A stretch of 32,000 nucleotides of DNA from Candidatus Thorarchaeota archaeon (GTDB taxonomy: Archaea; Asgardarchaeota; Thorarchaeia; Thorarchaeales; Thorarchaeaceae): NCBI GenBank assembly GCA_008080745.1, contig SHMX01000004.1, forward strand, positions 120,001-152,000, written 5' to 3'. How positions within the stretch are numbered: the stretch's first letter is position 1; each line of letters starts with the position of its first letter. The notes under the pieces were generated by a model that worked only from the letters and a program-made list of their open reading frames with translations, was not told the DNA's origin and ran no database searches. Positions 9,028 to 17,716 of the stretch are shown here, piece by piece. Both the position numbers and the translations under genes were made by a program.

Positions 9028-10419
9028 ATGCAAAGGAGAGAGTATCTCTGTAAGCATCATATAGCATATGGTAATCCTGTAGAAAGTGATGTGTTTCTGC
9101 CAATGAAAATTAGACTGAGAATTGACACAAAATGGCTTCGTCTTGAACAGAAGAGTATGGATCGAATTCGTAAGACGTATGAATCATGGGAGTCAGAAAC
9201 ATTAAGAAAGGCACAGGATGCAAAGGATTTGAGTACGCTAAGAGAAGTTTTCTATCAACTAGGGGATAGATGGGAGTGGGATCAAGCAACCGGAGCTTGG
9301 CTCTCTGGTGGTGAACCTCTTGATGCAGTGGGTCTCATTCTGAGTATGCCTGGACTCGAAGAAGGAAAAGAACGTTATGTGATATATACAGTTATGGCCT
9401 ATAGTAAGGGTCTCACTCAGAAATTTGATCACTTAGGTGATAAGGAACGAATCATTGTTGAAATCGATAAGAATTCTGGTGAGATGTATTGCTGGTCCAC
9501 TACCGGACATGGTGCCATGGACCTCTTTCCTACGAGTCTAAATGCCTTTGATGATTTTCAGGATGTTCTAGAATCATGTGATTTAGTTGCTCAACCAGGT
9601 GACCATGCTCTAAGGATAGATATCCCAAAGGGAAAACGTAATTTTCCATACATCATTGAAATACTCTGGGAGATAGCAGTTGGTAAACGTGACTTTGTAC
9701 AAAAAGAGATTGATTTACTAACAAACTCAGATATCGAGGATTACCTTGGTTTCCGTTTTCATAGATATGCAAAAGCTGTAATTAGACTTGAACAAACTTG
9801 GCGGGAGCTGAATTTGGACATTGTTGATTCTGCGAGGGAGTCTATTATTGATGATATCCCCTCTGAGGTTGAAAAACAGAACAAACTATCCTTGAGAATT
9901 GTTGAAGGTTTGCTTCACATTCTTTGGTTTAAACCTCCAACCTCTCAAATAAAATCTGTACGGAAGGTATATGAAACGCTCGCATCAGTAGATAAGCCAA
10001 CAAACGTGGAGCAATCACTTATTCAATGTCTTGGTGAACTTAGTGTTGCTCTCACAGATGTTCTTGAACGAGCTCAATATTTGAAATGGAAAAGTGTGAT
10101 TGACAAAAAGGCCTATTCCGAATCTGATGTTTTTCAAGATTTATCAGTTTCAGAACTGGGAAAACAGGCTCTTGCTGTTGCTCTTGATGATATATTACGT
10201 GAACATACTCTGTCATATATTGGATACCCAGAACGCGCTAGAATTAAGGATAAACTCATGAGAATCTCATTTGGCGTTTTAGTTTTACCAATTCGACTAC
10301 TCTCATCCTTCTGGGAACGAATCAAAACGAGATTCCTAAGTGATGAACAAAAAGATGCTCATGAAACAAAGCCTGATTTTCCAAAAGAACCCCATTCTAC
10401 TAGGGATTCTGCCAGTTAG
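9028..10419 (+). CDS. Hypothetical protein with a Vps62/NPP1-like motif set in the N-terminal half
   Basis: 463-aa ORF; motifs FDHLGDKERIIVEID, WSTTGHG and VAQPGDHA. The CDS is solid; the domain call is tentative. Confidence 0.6.
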   Translation: MQRREYLCKHHIAYGNPVESDVFLPMKIRLRIDTKWLRLEQKSMDRIRKTYESWESETLRKAQDAKDLSTLREVFYQLGDRWEWDQATGAWLSGGEPLDAVGLILSMPGLEEGKERYVIYTVMAYSKGLTQKFDHLGDKERIIVEIDKNSGEMYCWSTTGHGAMDLFPTSLNAFDDFQDVLESCDLVAQPGDHALRIDIPKGKRNFPYIIEILWEIAVGKRDFVQKEIDLLTNSDIEDYLGFRFHRYAKAVIRLEQTWRELNLDIVDSARESIIDDIPSEVEKQNKLSLRIVEGLLHILWFKPPTSQIKSVRKVYETLASVDKPTNVEQSLIQCLGELSVALTDVLERAQYLKWKSVIDKKAYSESDVFQDLSVSELGKQALAVALDDILREHTLSYIGYPERARIKDKLMRISFGVLVLPIRLLSSFWERIKTRFLSDEQKDAHETKPDFPKEPHSTRDSAS

Positions 10420-10431
10420 AATATACCCACC

Positions 10432-10441
10432 ATTATATAAT
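10432..10441 (+). promoter_or_regulatory. Candidate TATA box for the 10476 gene
   Basis: ATTATATAAT about 35 bp upstream of the ATG. Confidence 0.45.
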
Positions 10442-10475
10442 ATACTAATTTTACGAAAATTTTGTTGGGATCAAA

Positions 10476-11294
10476 ATGAATGCGGATGTTCGAGATGAAT
10501 TAATCGAAACCCTCGATACCGCCCTTGCACATACTCGTTATCTTGAAGAAGAAGGCGAAAGATACGAAGCTGTGTTATATTCTGGCATTGGAAGAAGTCT
10601 TGAAGCAATACTACGACTTCTAACAGTAACTGATGCAGTTACAGATTATATATCTGGCAGTGATGCAGAGGCGGAGAGCGTTCCAGTAGAAGAGGCTGAA
10701 ACAACTATCGAAGAAGTAGCAGTTGCTGAGGCTGAAATGGAACCTACTGAAATAGTCGAAAGGGAAGAATGTGCTCCTGAGCGAAAAAATATCACTTCAA
10801 GGGTATTACCAGAACCAGGTGATGGCCTACCTGCTCAAAGAATAGCTCAAGAAACCTTAGTAGGTCCTGATGGGTCTGAACTAAGGCGAGAAACAATGAC
10901 CTATCTTGGAAAGATTGAGTGGTCTGGTAAGTGGTTGACTGCTAAAGGTGAACCTTTTGTGGTGACAACTTCAACAACTTTTACCGCCCAAGATGACACT
11001 GAAACAAAATTTGAACTTCGTCGATATAATTCAGAGGAGGCACTTCGAGCTGATACTGACCATATACTTCCTATTGTTGGAGAGATGCCGCCCTATTGGG
11101 ACGAAGACAGTGGTTTATGGGCTTTAGTTGTATCATCAGGTGATGCATCTCAGCTTGAATGGATGAAAGAAGTTGATATTATTCGGAATAATATAAATCA
11201 TGCAATGCGTCTATTCTACAGAGCAACGAGGATATTTTCAATGAAACGTCTATGCGGTGAACATGTAGAAGCAACGTTTCCTGATAAGTACTAA
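10476..11294 (+). CDS. Hypothetical protein with acidic linker
   Basis: 272-aa ORF: helical N-terminus, E/A-rich linker, C-terminal alpha/beta region; no recognised motif. Confidence 0.75.
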   Translation: MNADVRDELIETLDTALAHTRYLEEEGERYEAVLYSGIGRSLEAILRLLTVTDAVTDYISGSDAEAESVPVEEAETTIEEVAVAEAEMEPTEIVEREECAPERKNITSRVLPEPGDGLPAQRIAQETLVGPDGSELRRETMTYLGKIEWSGKWLTAKGEPFVVTTSTTFTAQDDTETKFELRRYNSEEALRADTDHILPIVGEMPPYWDEDSGLWALVVSSGDASQLEWMKEVDIIRNNINHAMRLFYRATRIFSMKRLCGEHVEATFPDKY

Positions 11295-12212
11295 GATAAA
11301 TCCAAAATAGGCAACAACTCTGATGGAGAATTGAGAATGATGGTTCCTTCAGGAGCCTTCTCTTTTTCCTCAGAGTTGGCCCAAGTAACAAGAATCGGAG
11401 TCATATCTGCTCTAATTGCTGCTTCTACATCAGCACTTACGTAGTTACCGTTCATTGTTTGTTGGACAATCTTGGACATCAGAGCGTTGGCCTCCCAGGT
11501 AACGGCACTGGGTGAAACTCTGTTCTGGTCAGGAATCTTATGTCGTTCAACCAGTACTCCATTCTGGATCACCCTATATAAGCTCCTATCGTTTTTTGTC
11601 CAGATATGTCCAAGTTTTTAGCATCTGTTTGAAACCCACGAAGGCACATAATTTTGGATTTATCTCTATTTCTCCTGCAGCTTTTAATAATGTGTAGGGA
11701 TTTGGTTTTGCATATCCTTTCACTCCACTCCACGTTACCGAATGAAGCATGTGAAGAATCTTTGATCGTTTTAGAAACGGTCGTGGATCATCATGTCGGC
11801 GAGTACAAATCCCTAACTTGAATCCATTATTGTAGAGTGCACATATTGTTTTTCTTCCATCCTCTGTGAGAGTTTCATAGTCGGTTTCGCGAGTTTCGTA
11901 TTTAAACCGCTTTTCTATCTCCAAGATAAGTTCGGTATCAATATTATCAATTCCGAGGGATGAAAATATCATTCTATCTGCGTCAATCCAATCTTCTGGA
12001 TTTTGTCCCCAGAGAGGACCAACGTTTTCTTTCACACAATATTGTGCTAGCCATTTATCAGAAACGCTGAATGCTCTTGCTACTTTCTCATCACTAAACT
12101 CTCCAAGAGATAGACCTACAGACTCACATACATCTCTAAAAACTTGTATTGGGGACATTTTGTTTTTTGTAATTTTGTGATGCAAGTCAAAGAGTACAGC
12201 TTGAATATCCAT
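11291..12212 (-). pseudogene. HAD-family hydrolase interrupted by an insertion (244 aa when restored)
   Basis: Motif I FDLHH, motif II ICTRR, motif III AKPNP. Motif IV is split: CAFVG at the end of the 11586-12212 ORF and GNYVSADVEAA in the 11291-11572 ORF. Removing 187 bp restores CAFVGNYVSADVEAA in frame (735 nt). Confidence 0.85.
11450..11633. mobile_element. 184-bp non-autonomous insertion element (MITE-like or recombinase-type mini-element)
   Basis: Flanked by ACC direct repeats (11447-11449, 11634-11636); both ends begin TTCA when read inward; TGGACA pairs with 10-bp period near the left end (11463, 11473) and inverted TGTCCA pairs near the right end (11597, 11607). Confidence 0.75.
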
Positions 12213-12234
12213 TTAGATCAATCCGTAGAATTTT

Positions 12235-12279
12235 CTCTAAGAATTACTTGTCATCGTAGCCAATAAGTAATTATTAGAG
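12235..12279. promoter_or_regulatory. 15-bp inverted repeat between divergent genes (candidate operator)
   Basis: CTCTAAGAATTACTT-N15-AAGTAATTATTAGAG, 14/15 match. Confidence 0.45.
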
Positions 12280-12311
12280 GTTTTTGATAGCAATATCTGA
12301 GGTCCATTTTT

Positions 12312-13499
12312 ATGAAGCGCATAGGAATTGTAGGGAATGGTGTTGCGTCGATAACTACAATCCGTGAATTAAGGAAACACGATAGTGACATTCCCATTGA
12401 TGTCTTTTCAGATGAAAGTTATCCATACTATCCACGACCAAAGCTAATTGATGTAGTAAGTGGAGAAGTTTCCAAGGAAGAAATTATTCAATTTGATGCA
12501 AGTTGGTATGAGAAACAAAATGTGACCCTAAGACTCTCTGAACCTGTTACTGAAATTATTCCTGATTCAAAGACCATCCTTACTACAATGGATACCTACT
12601 TCAACTACTATAAAATTTTGATTGCTACTGGCAGTCATCCCTTTATTCCACCGATTCATGGAATAGAAAAAAAGAGGGTTCATGTGGTTCGCACTCTTGA
12701 CGACGCGATATCCGTGAGGGATGATGTAAAGGGTAAAGGTCGTGAGATAATTGTAGGTGGTGGCATCCTTGGCATTGAATTAGCTGCAGCAATGAGGAAA
12801 ATTGGAGGTTCTCCCATCGTTATCAGTAATATTCATCAACTACTACCCGCCCAGTTGGATGCTGGTGCAAGTGATTTTTTGATTCATAGATTAGAGAAAA
12901 TGGGTATCACCATATATCTTGGATTTACTTGTGCTGAAATATCCGGAGCTGATCATGCAACTGGGGTGGTTTCAACCACCGGTGATAAAATCAAAGGAGA
13001 CAATGTTGTTATCGCTACAGGTGTTCGCCCAAACGTTACATTAGCCGTTTCTTCTGGAATTGAGACAGATAAAGGAATCATCGTAGATGAACATATGCAG
13101 ACCTCTGTGAAGGGTGTATATTCAGCTGGAGATTGCACAGAGTGGAAAGGTGTATGTTGGGGTATTATTCCTGTTGCATTGGATACAGCACGATGTGCTG
13201 CAAAAAATATTCTCAACCATGGTTCTGACACATACACTGGAACAACCCCCTCAAATACGCTTAAGGTAGCAAACATTGAATTGACTTCAATTGGTCTCTA
13301 TAATGTGACATCTCCTGAGTACCGCTCCATTATCAGTGCTAATGAGGAAAAGGGCACCTACTTCAAGGCGGTCTTACAAGATGATACCTTTGTTGGCGGG
13401 ATTGCATTAGGTGACAGGAAAGTAGCTATGAACATGAGAAGAGCAATCTCTCAACATCTTCAGATCACTGATCCTACTAAACAACTCTTTGAACAATAA
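12312..13499 (+). CDS. NAD(P)/FAD-dependent oxidoreductase (NirB-N/rubredoxin reductase-like)
   Basis: FAD-binding GIVGNGVAS, YPRPKL, ATGS, NAD-binding GGGILGIE, YSAGDC. Confidence 0.92.
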   Translation: MKRIGIVGNGVASITTIRELRKHDSDIPIDVFSDESYPYYPRPKLIDVVSGEVSKEEIIQFDASWYEKQNVTLRLSEPVTEIIPDSKTILTTMDTYFNYYKILIATGSHPFIPPIHGIEKKRVHVVRTLDDAISVRDDVKGKGREIIVGGGILGIELAAAMRKIGGSPIVISNIHQLLPAQLDAGASDFLIHRLEKMGITIYLGFTCAEISGADHATGVVSTTGDKIKGDNVVIATGVRPNVTLAVSSGIETDKGIIVDEHMQTSVKGVYSAGDCTEWKGVCWGIIPVALDTARCAAKNILNHGSDTYTGTTPSNTLKVANIELTSIGLYNVTSPEYRSIISANEEKGTYFKAVLQDDTFVGGIALGDRKVAMNMRRAISQHLQITDPTKQLFEQ

Positions 13500-13500
13500 T

Positions 13501-14787
13501 TCAATCTGATATCTCAAGAAGCGGTTGTCTTCCCTTACCTTGTGGAATAAGTGTGATAACACGATCTACTGATTGTTTCAATTCTTCCATATGTGTCACC
13601 ACGATGACCTGCTGAATCGAGTCTAACCCTTGAACTGCGTCTGGTAACCATCTACGTCTATAAGCATCCAAACCAGCACCTGGTTCGTCGAGTATCAATA
13701 AACCTGGAGGTGGACTAGCAATGGAATGTTTTTGGAGTGCAGTATTCATTCCCACACGCAACGCAAAATTGACACATACATCTTCCCCTCCAGATGCTGC
13801 AATCAAGGATACTTTGTTTCCCTTCAAATCATAGAGTGATATATCATAATCATCATCGATTACTAAATCACTATATTTATCGCCAAATATCTCTTTAAAT
13901 ATGGAACGAGCCTCATGTCTGATGTGGGGTCTCAGCTGAACTTCAGCTATATCGGGAATCGTTTTGAGAATTCTTTGTAATTGTTTTGAAACTTTCATCT
14001 CATGAGTTATTTCTTCGGGCCTGATTGAGATTTCTGGTTTATTCAATTCGGACTCTATGTCTTTTACTGATAGGACTACTTTATCCAGAAGAATTTTGAT
14101 AGGATCGATATCAAGGCTTGGACTATCAGTTTGAATCTTTTGCAGCGCAAGTTCTGCTTCTTTCAATTCGGTTTCCGAGGGCAATCTGGTCCGGATTTTT
14201 TCAAGATTGATCTTTGCTTCTTTAATCGATGTTAATTCCTTCTTTAGCGACCGGAATTCCTTTTTGGCCCTTGAACCTGTATTATCATATATACCCAACC
14301 CCATCATGTTGTAGAGATTCGATCTTCTTTTACTCGGCGTTGACCTTGACAGGCTATCAATTTCTCCCTGTCTTACGTAGGTTAATGCAGAAAATGCATG
14401 TCTATCCATTCCAAGCACACGTTCAATTTCTTCGTCTACTTTCTTTGGAGTACTCTCAATGGGTTTATGATCACCCTTAACAAATAGTTCTGCTTTTGTT
14501 TCGCCAGGATAAATTTTCCTGACAACGGTGTATGTTCTTTGGTTAATTGGAGCTGTGAAAGTGAGTTTTACTTTTCCCTTGGTTCTGCCATGTTTGATAA
14601 GCTCTTCAATCCTTCTAACGGTCTTGTCTTTTCTTGTAATTCTCTTGAATAATGCAAATTCAATAGCTTCTAAGATGGTGGTTTTTCCAGAACCATTTGG
14701 CCCAACAATTGCGAGAGAACCATTATGGAATTCTATTAGTTGATCAGTAAATACTTTGAAATTCTTAAGCTCCAGTGTTTCCAACAT
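13501..14787 (-). CDS. rad50: Rad50/SbcC-like SMC-family ATPase, very short coiled coil, no Zn hook
   Basis: LELKNFK, Walker A GPNGSGKT, Q-loop YVRQGEI, signature SGGE, Walker B LILDEP, H-loop VTH; only 428 aa and a single Cys. Confidence 0.85.
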   Translation of the reverse strand: MLETLELKNFKVFTDQLIEFHNGSLAIVGPNGSGKTTILEAIEFALFKRITRKDKTVRRIEELIKHGRTKGKVKLTFTAPINQRTYTVVRKIYPGETKAELFVKGDHKPIESTPKKVDEEIERVLGMDRHAFSALTYVRQGEIDSLSRSTPSKRRSNLYNMMGLGIYDNTGSRAKKEFRSLKKELTSIKEAKINLEKIRTRLPSETELKEAELALQKIQTDSPSLDIDPIKILLDKVVLSVKDIESELNKPEISIRPEEITHEMKVSKQLQRILKTIPDIAEVQLRPHIRHEARSIFKEIFGDKYSDLVIDDDYDISLYDLKGNKVSLIAASGGEDVCVNFALRVGMNTALQKHSIASPPPGLLILDEPGAGLDAYRRRWLPDAVQGLDSIQQVIVVTHMEELKQSVDRVITLIPQGKGRQPLLEISD

Positions 14788-14794
14788 CCTATAA

Positions 14795-15862
14795 TCACAC
14801 TCCCATAATACGTCCGAGAAAATCCATCAATTCATCAAGTCCCTTTTCCTCAGTCTGTTCAACATAATCTCTGATACTAGTTTCGATATTCAGTGGCTGA
14901 TTTAGTCTGATATCTCGTGGACCATAACATTCCCAATTAGGTTCAATATGGACAAAAAGAGAATTCAGTTTGCTTTCTGCATGCTGAAGAATTTTCACTC
15001 TATCTAGTCCATTCTCCGTTTCGGAGTCGATAGTTCCATTAACTCTAACAATGATTATTGAGCCATCCTTCTTTGGTGACAATTTTTCTAAAATCTTCTT
15101 CAAATAGGAATTAACCTCATCTGGCCCCATTCCAGTGATTTGAGCCTGAGGAAATTTGAACTCTCTGATATCGTTTATTTGCTCAGTTGTATACTCATTA
15201 CCTTGTTTATCACTATCAATAACTATGAGTTTCTTCGTTCCCCCAATTTCTTTATTCCAATTTACATAACACGTTGAACCTGGACGTCCAATGTCATATT
15301 CTTCATCTAACCAAAAACTATGTGCATGACCACATCCGTAATAATTGAAATGAATTGGCAATCGTTCCTTAGGAACGGGAATATGATGTGCGAATAAGAA
15401 GGCTGGATTGGTTTCTGGAATGATATCATTGAGTTTCCTCTGAAAGCTTCTCTCTCTAGTCCATGATATCAGGTGTATCTCGGTCTTCTTACCATCTATA
15501 TCTACTTCATGAAGTTTGTAGTCCGATTTACCCGTTGATTTCACAACACCGGCAGTTTCAAGACTGGTGATAGGACTCTGAATGTGATGATATCCAAAAG
15601 GAATATCATGATTTCCATGTACTAGAAAAACTTCGACTTTATCTTGGACACTCTTAAATAACTCCATTGCAAAATTCAAATCTTCCATTGATGGAAGTGG
15701 ATTATCAAACAAATCGCCTGTATGGACTAGGATATCTGGTGATTGCCTCATAGCCATACGAACAGCTTTTCTTAGACACTTTCGGACATCCTCTTTTCGT
15801 TCCACCAATTGAAATAGAGTATTTCCAAGATGTGAATCTGAAATATGAGCGATTCGTACCAT
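14795..15862 (-). CDS. mre11: Mre11/SbcD-family metallophosphoesterase nuclease
   Basis: HISDSHLG, HTGDLFD, HGNHD, AHH, GHAH, RPGS; likely start ATG 15862 with GGAG RBS; directly upstream of the Rad50-like gene. Confidence 0.88.
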   Translation of the reverse strand: MVRIAHISDSHLGNTLFQLVERKEDVRKCLRKAVRMAMRQSPDILVHTGDLFDNPLPSMEDLNFAMELFKSVQDKVEVFLVHGNHDIPFGYHHIQSPITSLETAGVVKSTGKSDYKLHEVDIDGKKTEIHLISWTRERSFQRKLNDIIPETNPAFLFAHHIPVPKERLPIHFNYYGCGHAHSFWLDEEYDIGRPGSTCYVNWNKEIGGTKKLIVIDSDKQGNEYTTEQINDIREFKFPQAQITGMGPDEVNSYLKKILEKLSPKKDGSIIIVRVNGTIDSETENGLDRVKILQHAESKLNSLFVHIEPNWECYGPRDIRLNQPLNIETSIRDYVEQTEEKGLDELMDFLGRIMGV

Positions 15863-16055
15863 TACGACAACTCCAATGAGTAGTTCCAATCAGGAGATCA
15901 TTACTTGCAAATCCTGAACTACCCTCAATACACTTTCTCTTATTCTAAAACCAATATTTCAATAATATTGTGATGTCTTAGAGATTCAGCAACTATTTAG
16001 AATTTGTTGGAGTTTATATTACTTAGAAATGATGAAGTAATGATAATTCTATCCG

Positions 16056-16982
16056 GTGGGAAAAATGACTAGTGCTACGAGTTCCTATTCAGAGCAGGAA
16101 GATAGGGAAGAACCAATTCTATCAAAAATTGGATTACTTAGAATTGCATTATTGATGTTGGTAATTGGGACGGTTTGGCGAATAGTTGATATTTTTGCAT
16201 TCCAACTGGGCGAAACTCCAATGAATATTCTTCCATCTAAATTGGGTCCTCTTCTAGTTATACTACTGGTATTCTGGAGATACCGGCCTAACGAGATTTC
16301 TACCGTTTTGGGTTTATCAAAAAAAGATTTCAGGCCTCAATTGATTTTGGGAACCATTATTGGATTCACAATAATCTTGTCAGTGAATTTTTTGGGTCCT
16401 TTAATATTCCATCTTCTATTTGATTCTACTTACCCATTAGATATTCATGTTGTATATCCCGAGTTATTTTTGTATTTGTTGATATTTTTCCTCATAAATG
16501 CAGTATTTGAAGAAATATTATTTCGAGGTATTTTGCAAAATGGTTTGATAAATCGATTTTCTTTTCCTCGGGCATTGTTGATACAATCAATCATTTTTGG
16601 AATATGGCATGCAGTATGGCCAATCGCAAACGGTCCAACTAGTGATACTTTCATTCAAGAATCATTATCTGTTGTAGTTCTATCCGGGCTAATAGGTGGT
16701 TTCTTTGGGATATATTATGAAAAATTCTCCCATCGGCGAACGCTCATTGGACCCATTGTAGCTCATACCATTTTTAATTTCATCAATGAGAGTTTCAAGG
16801 TGGGACCAGCACCTCAAGTTCAAGGGCCTGATTTTTCATTTACGGAACCAGCTCTCATGATCATCTCATTGCTTATCTTCATGGTAGTATTTTGTTCCAT
16901 GATTGTGCTAGCTCTTAAATATAGGATAGAAGATGTAATCAACCTTAGAAATCGCGTCTCTTTACTATTGAGGAGGATATAA
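16056..16982 (+). CDS. CPBP (CAAX protease/Abi) family intramembrane metalloprotease
   Basis: EEILFRG, FGIWHA, HTIFN motifs in a polytopic membrane protein; start may be ATG 16065. Confidence 0.9.
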   Translation: MGKMTSATSSYSEQEDREEPILSKIGLLRIALLMLVIGTVWRIVDIFAFQLGETPMNILPSKLGPLLVILLVFWRYRPNEISTVLGLSKKDFRPQLILGTIIGFTIILSVNFLGPLIFHLLFDSTYPLDIHVVYPELFLYLLIFFLINAVFEEILFRGILQNGLINRFSFPRALLIQSIIFGIWHAVWPIANGPTSDTFIQESLSVVVLSGLIGGFFGIYYEKFSHRRTLIGPIVAHTIFNFINESFKVGPAPQVQGPDFSFTEPALMIISLLIFMVVFCSMIVLALKYRIEDVINLRNRVSLLLRRI

Positions 16983-16983
16983 A

Positions 16984-17646
16984 ATGCAAATTCTTTCAGA
17001 AATCACATCAATAACGGCATTGGGTGCAGCAATAGTCGCCCTTGTTGTGGGACTTTATCTTTTTTACCTATGGAACCAACAAGATGTTCAGATGTATTAT
17101 GACTTGCCATTCCTATTTGGAATTACATTCATTGCTATGTTTCTAAATTTAATTATTCAATCGCTTCCTGGTTTTGGTATTATTGAGTATTCTCTTTTAC
17201 TCTTCAAAATACGTACTCTTGTTATATTTGGAACCGTCTTTCCTTTACTTGCGGCAATTCTGATTATTTGGTTTATGCGGTATCAACGCTATCACAATAA
17301 GATTCTAGCAGCACTAGCGATTTACTGGTTTGTTATAGACATCTTTGGAACTGATGAAGCATTAATAATGATATTGTTGATTCCAATAGTCTTCATAATA
17401 ATTCTTGGCTTAATTGCTACTTTCCTAGTAACATGGAGAACAAATCGATTGAAGGAGGTTCGAAGTGACTTGCTTGTATTATCTCTCATTTCGCTCATTA
17501 TCTCTCAAGCAGGTGGAGTCGCTCTACGTTCAATGAACCTCGATTGGATTGTGTACCTGATTAATGCCATTGCCACTCTTCTTGCTGCAATCAGTTTTGC
17601 AAATCCGTGGTATAGACGAAATCTGGACAAAAAACAAAATCCGTAA
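16984..17646 (+). CDS. Stand-alone 7-TM membrane protein of unknown function
   Basis: About seven hydrophobic segments in 220 aa; 1-bp gap from the CPBP stop. Confidence 0.75.
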   Translation: MQILSEITSITALGAAIVALVVGLYLFYLWNQQDVQMYYDLPFLFGITFIAMFLNLIIQSLPGFGIIEYSLLLFKIRTLVIFGTVFPLLAAILIIWFMRYQRYHNKILAALAIYWFVIDIFGTDEALIMILLIPIVFIIILGLIATFLVTWRTNRLKEVRSDLLVLSLISLIISQAGGVALRSMNLDWIVYLINAIATLLAAISFANPWYRRNLDKKQNP

Positions 17647-17675
17647 TGAATAGTTCAGGTTTGTAGAATCAACTG

Positions 17676-17703
17676 ATAGCTATGGAGAATCCTCCATAGC
17701 TAT
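17676..17703. terminator. Perfect 12-bp hairpin between convergent genes
   Basis: ATAGCTATGGAG-aatc-CTCCATAGCTAT. Confidence 0.55.
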
Positions 17704-17716
17704 ATGTTTCTCCCCT

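Noticed and set aside
11447-11636. Archaeal bulge-helix-bulge intron in the HAD mRNA
   Set aside because: I tested all four in-frame splice registers and none gives a 4-bp central helix. The one pairing found (TTCG/TGAA) would remove 188 nt and shift the frame.
11291-12212. Simple sequencing frameshift in the HAD gene
   Set aside because: There are 187 extra bases with their own repeat structure between FVG and NYVSAD, not a 1-2 bp indel.
12235-12279. Xer dif site
   Set aside because: The geometry is 15-15-15, not 11-6-11.
15952-15970. CAATATT-N5-AATATTG palindrome between mre11 and the CPBP gene
   Set aside because: Short and almost all A/T in an AT-rich region, so plausible by chance.
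16984-17646. Microbial rhodopsin
   Set aside because: No Lys in the seventh helix and no retinal-pocket motifs.
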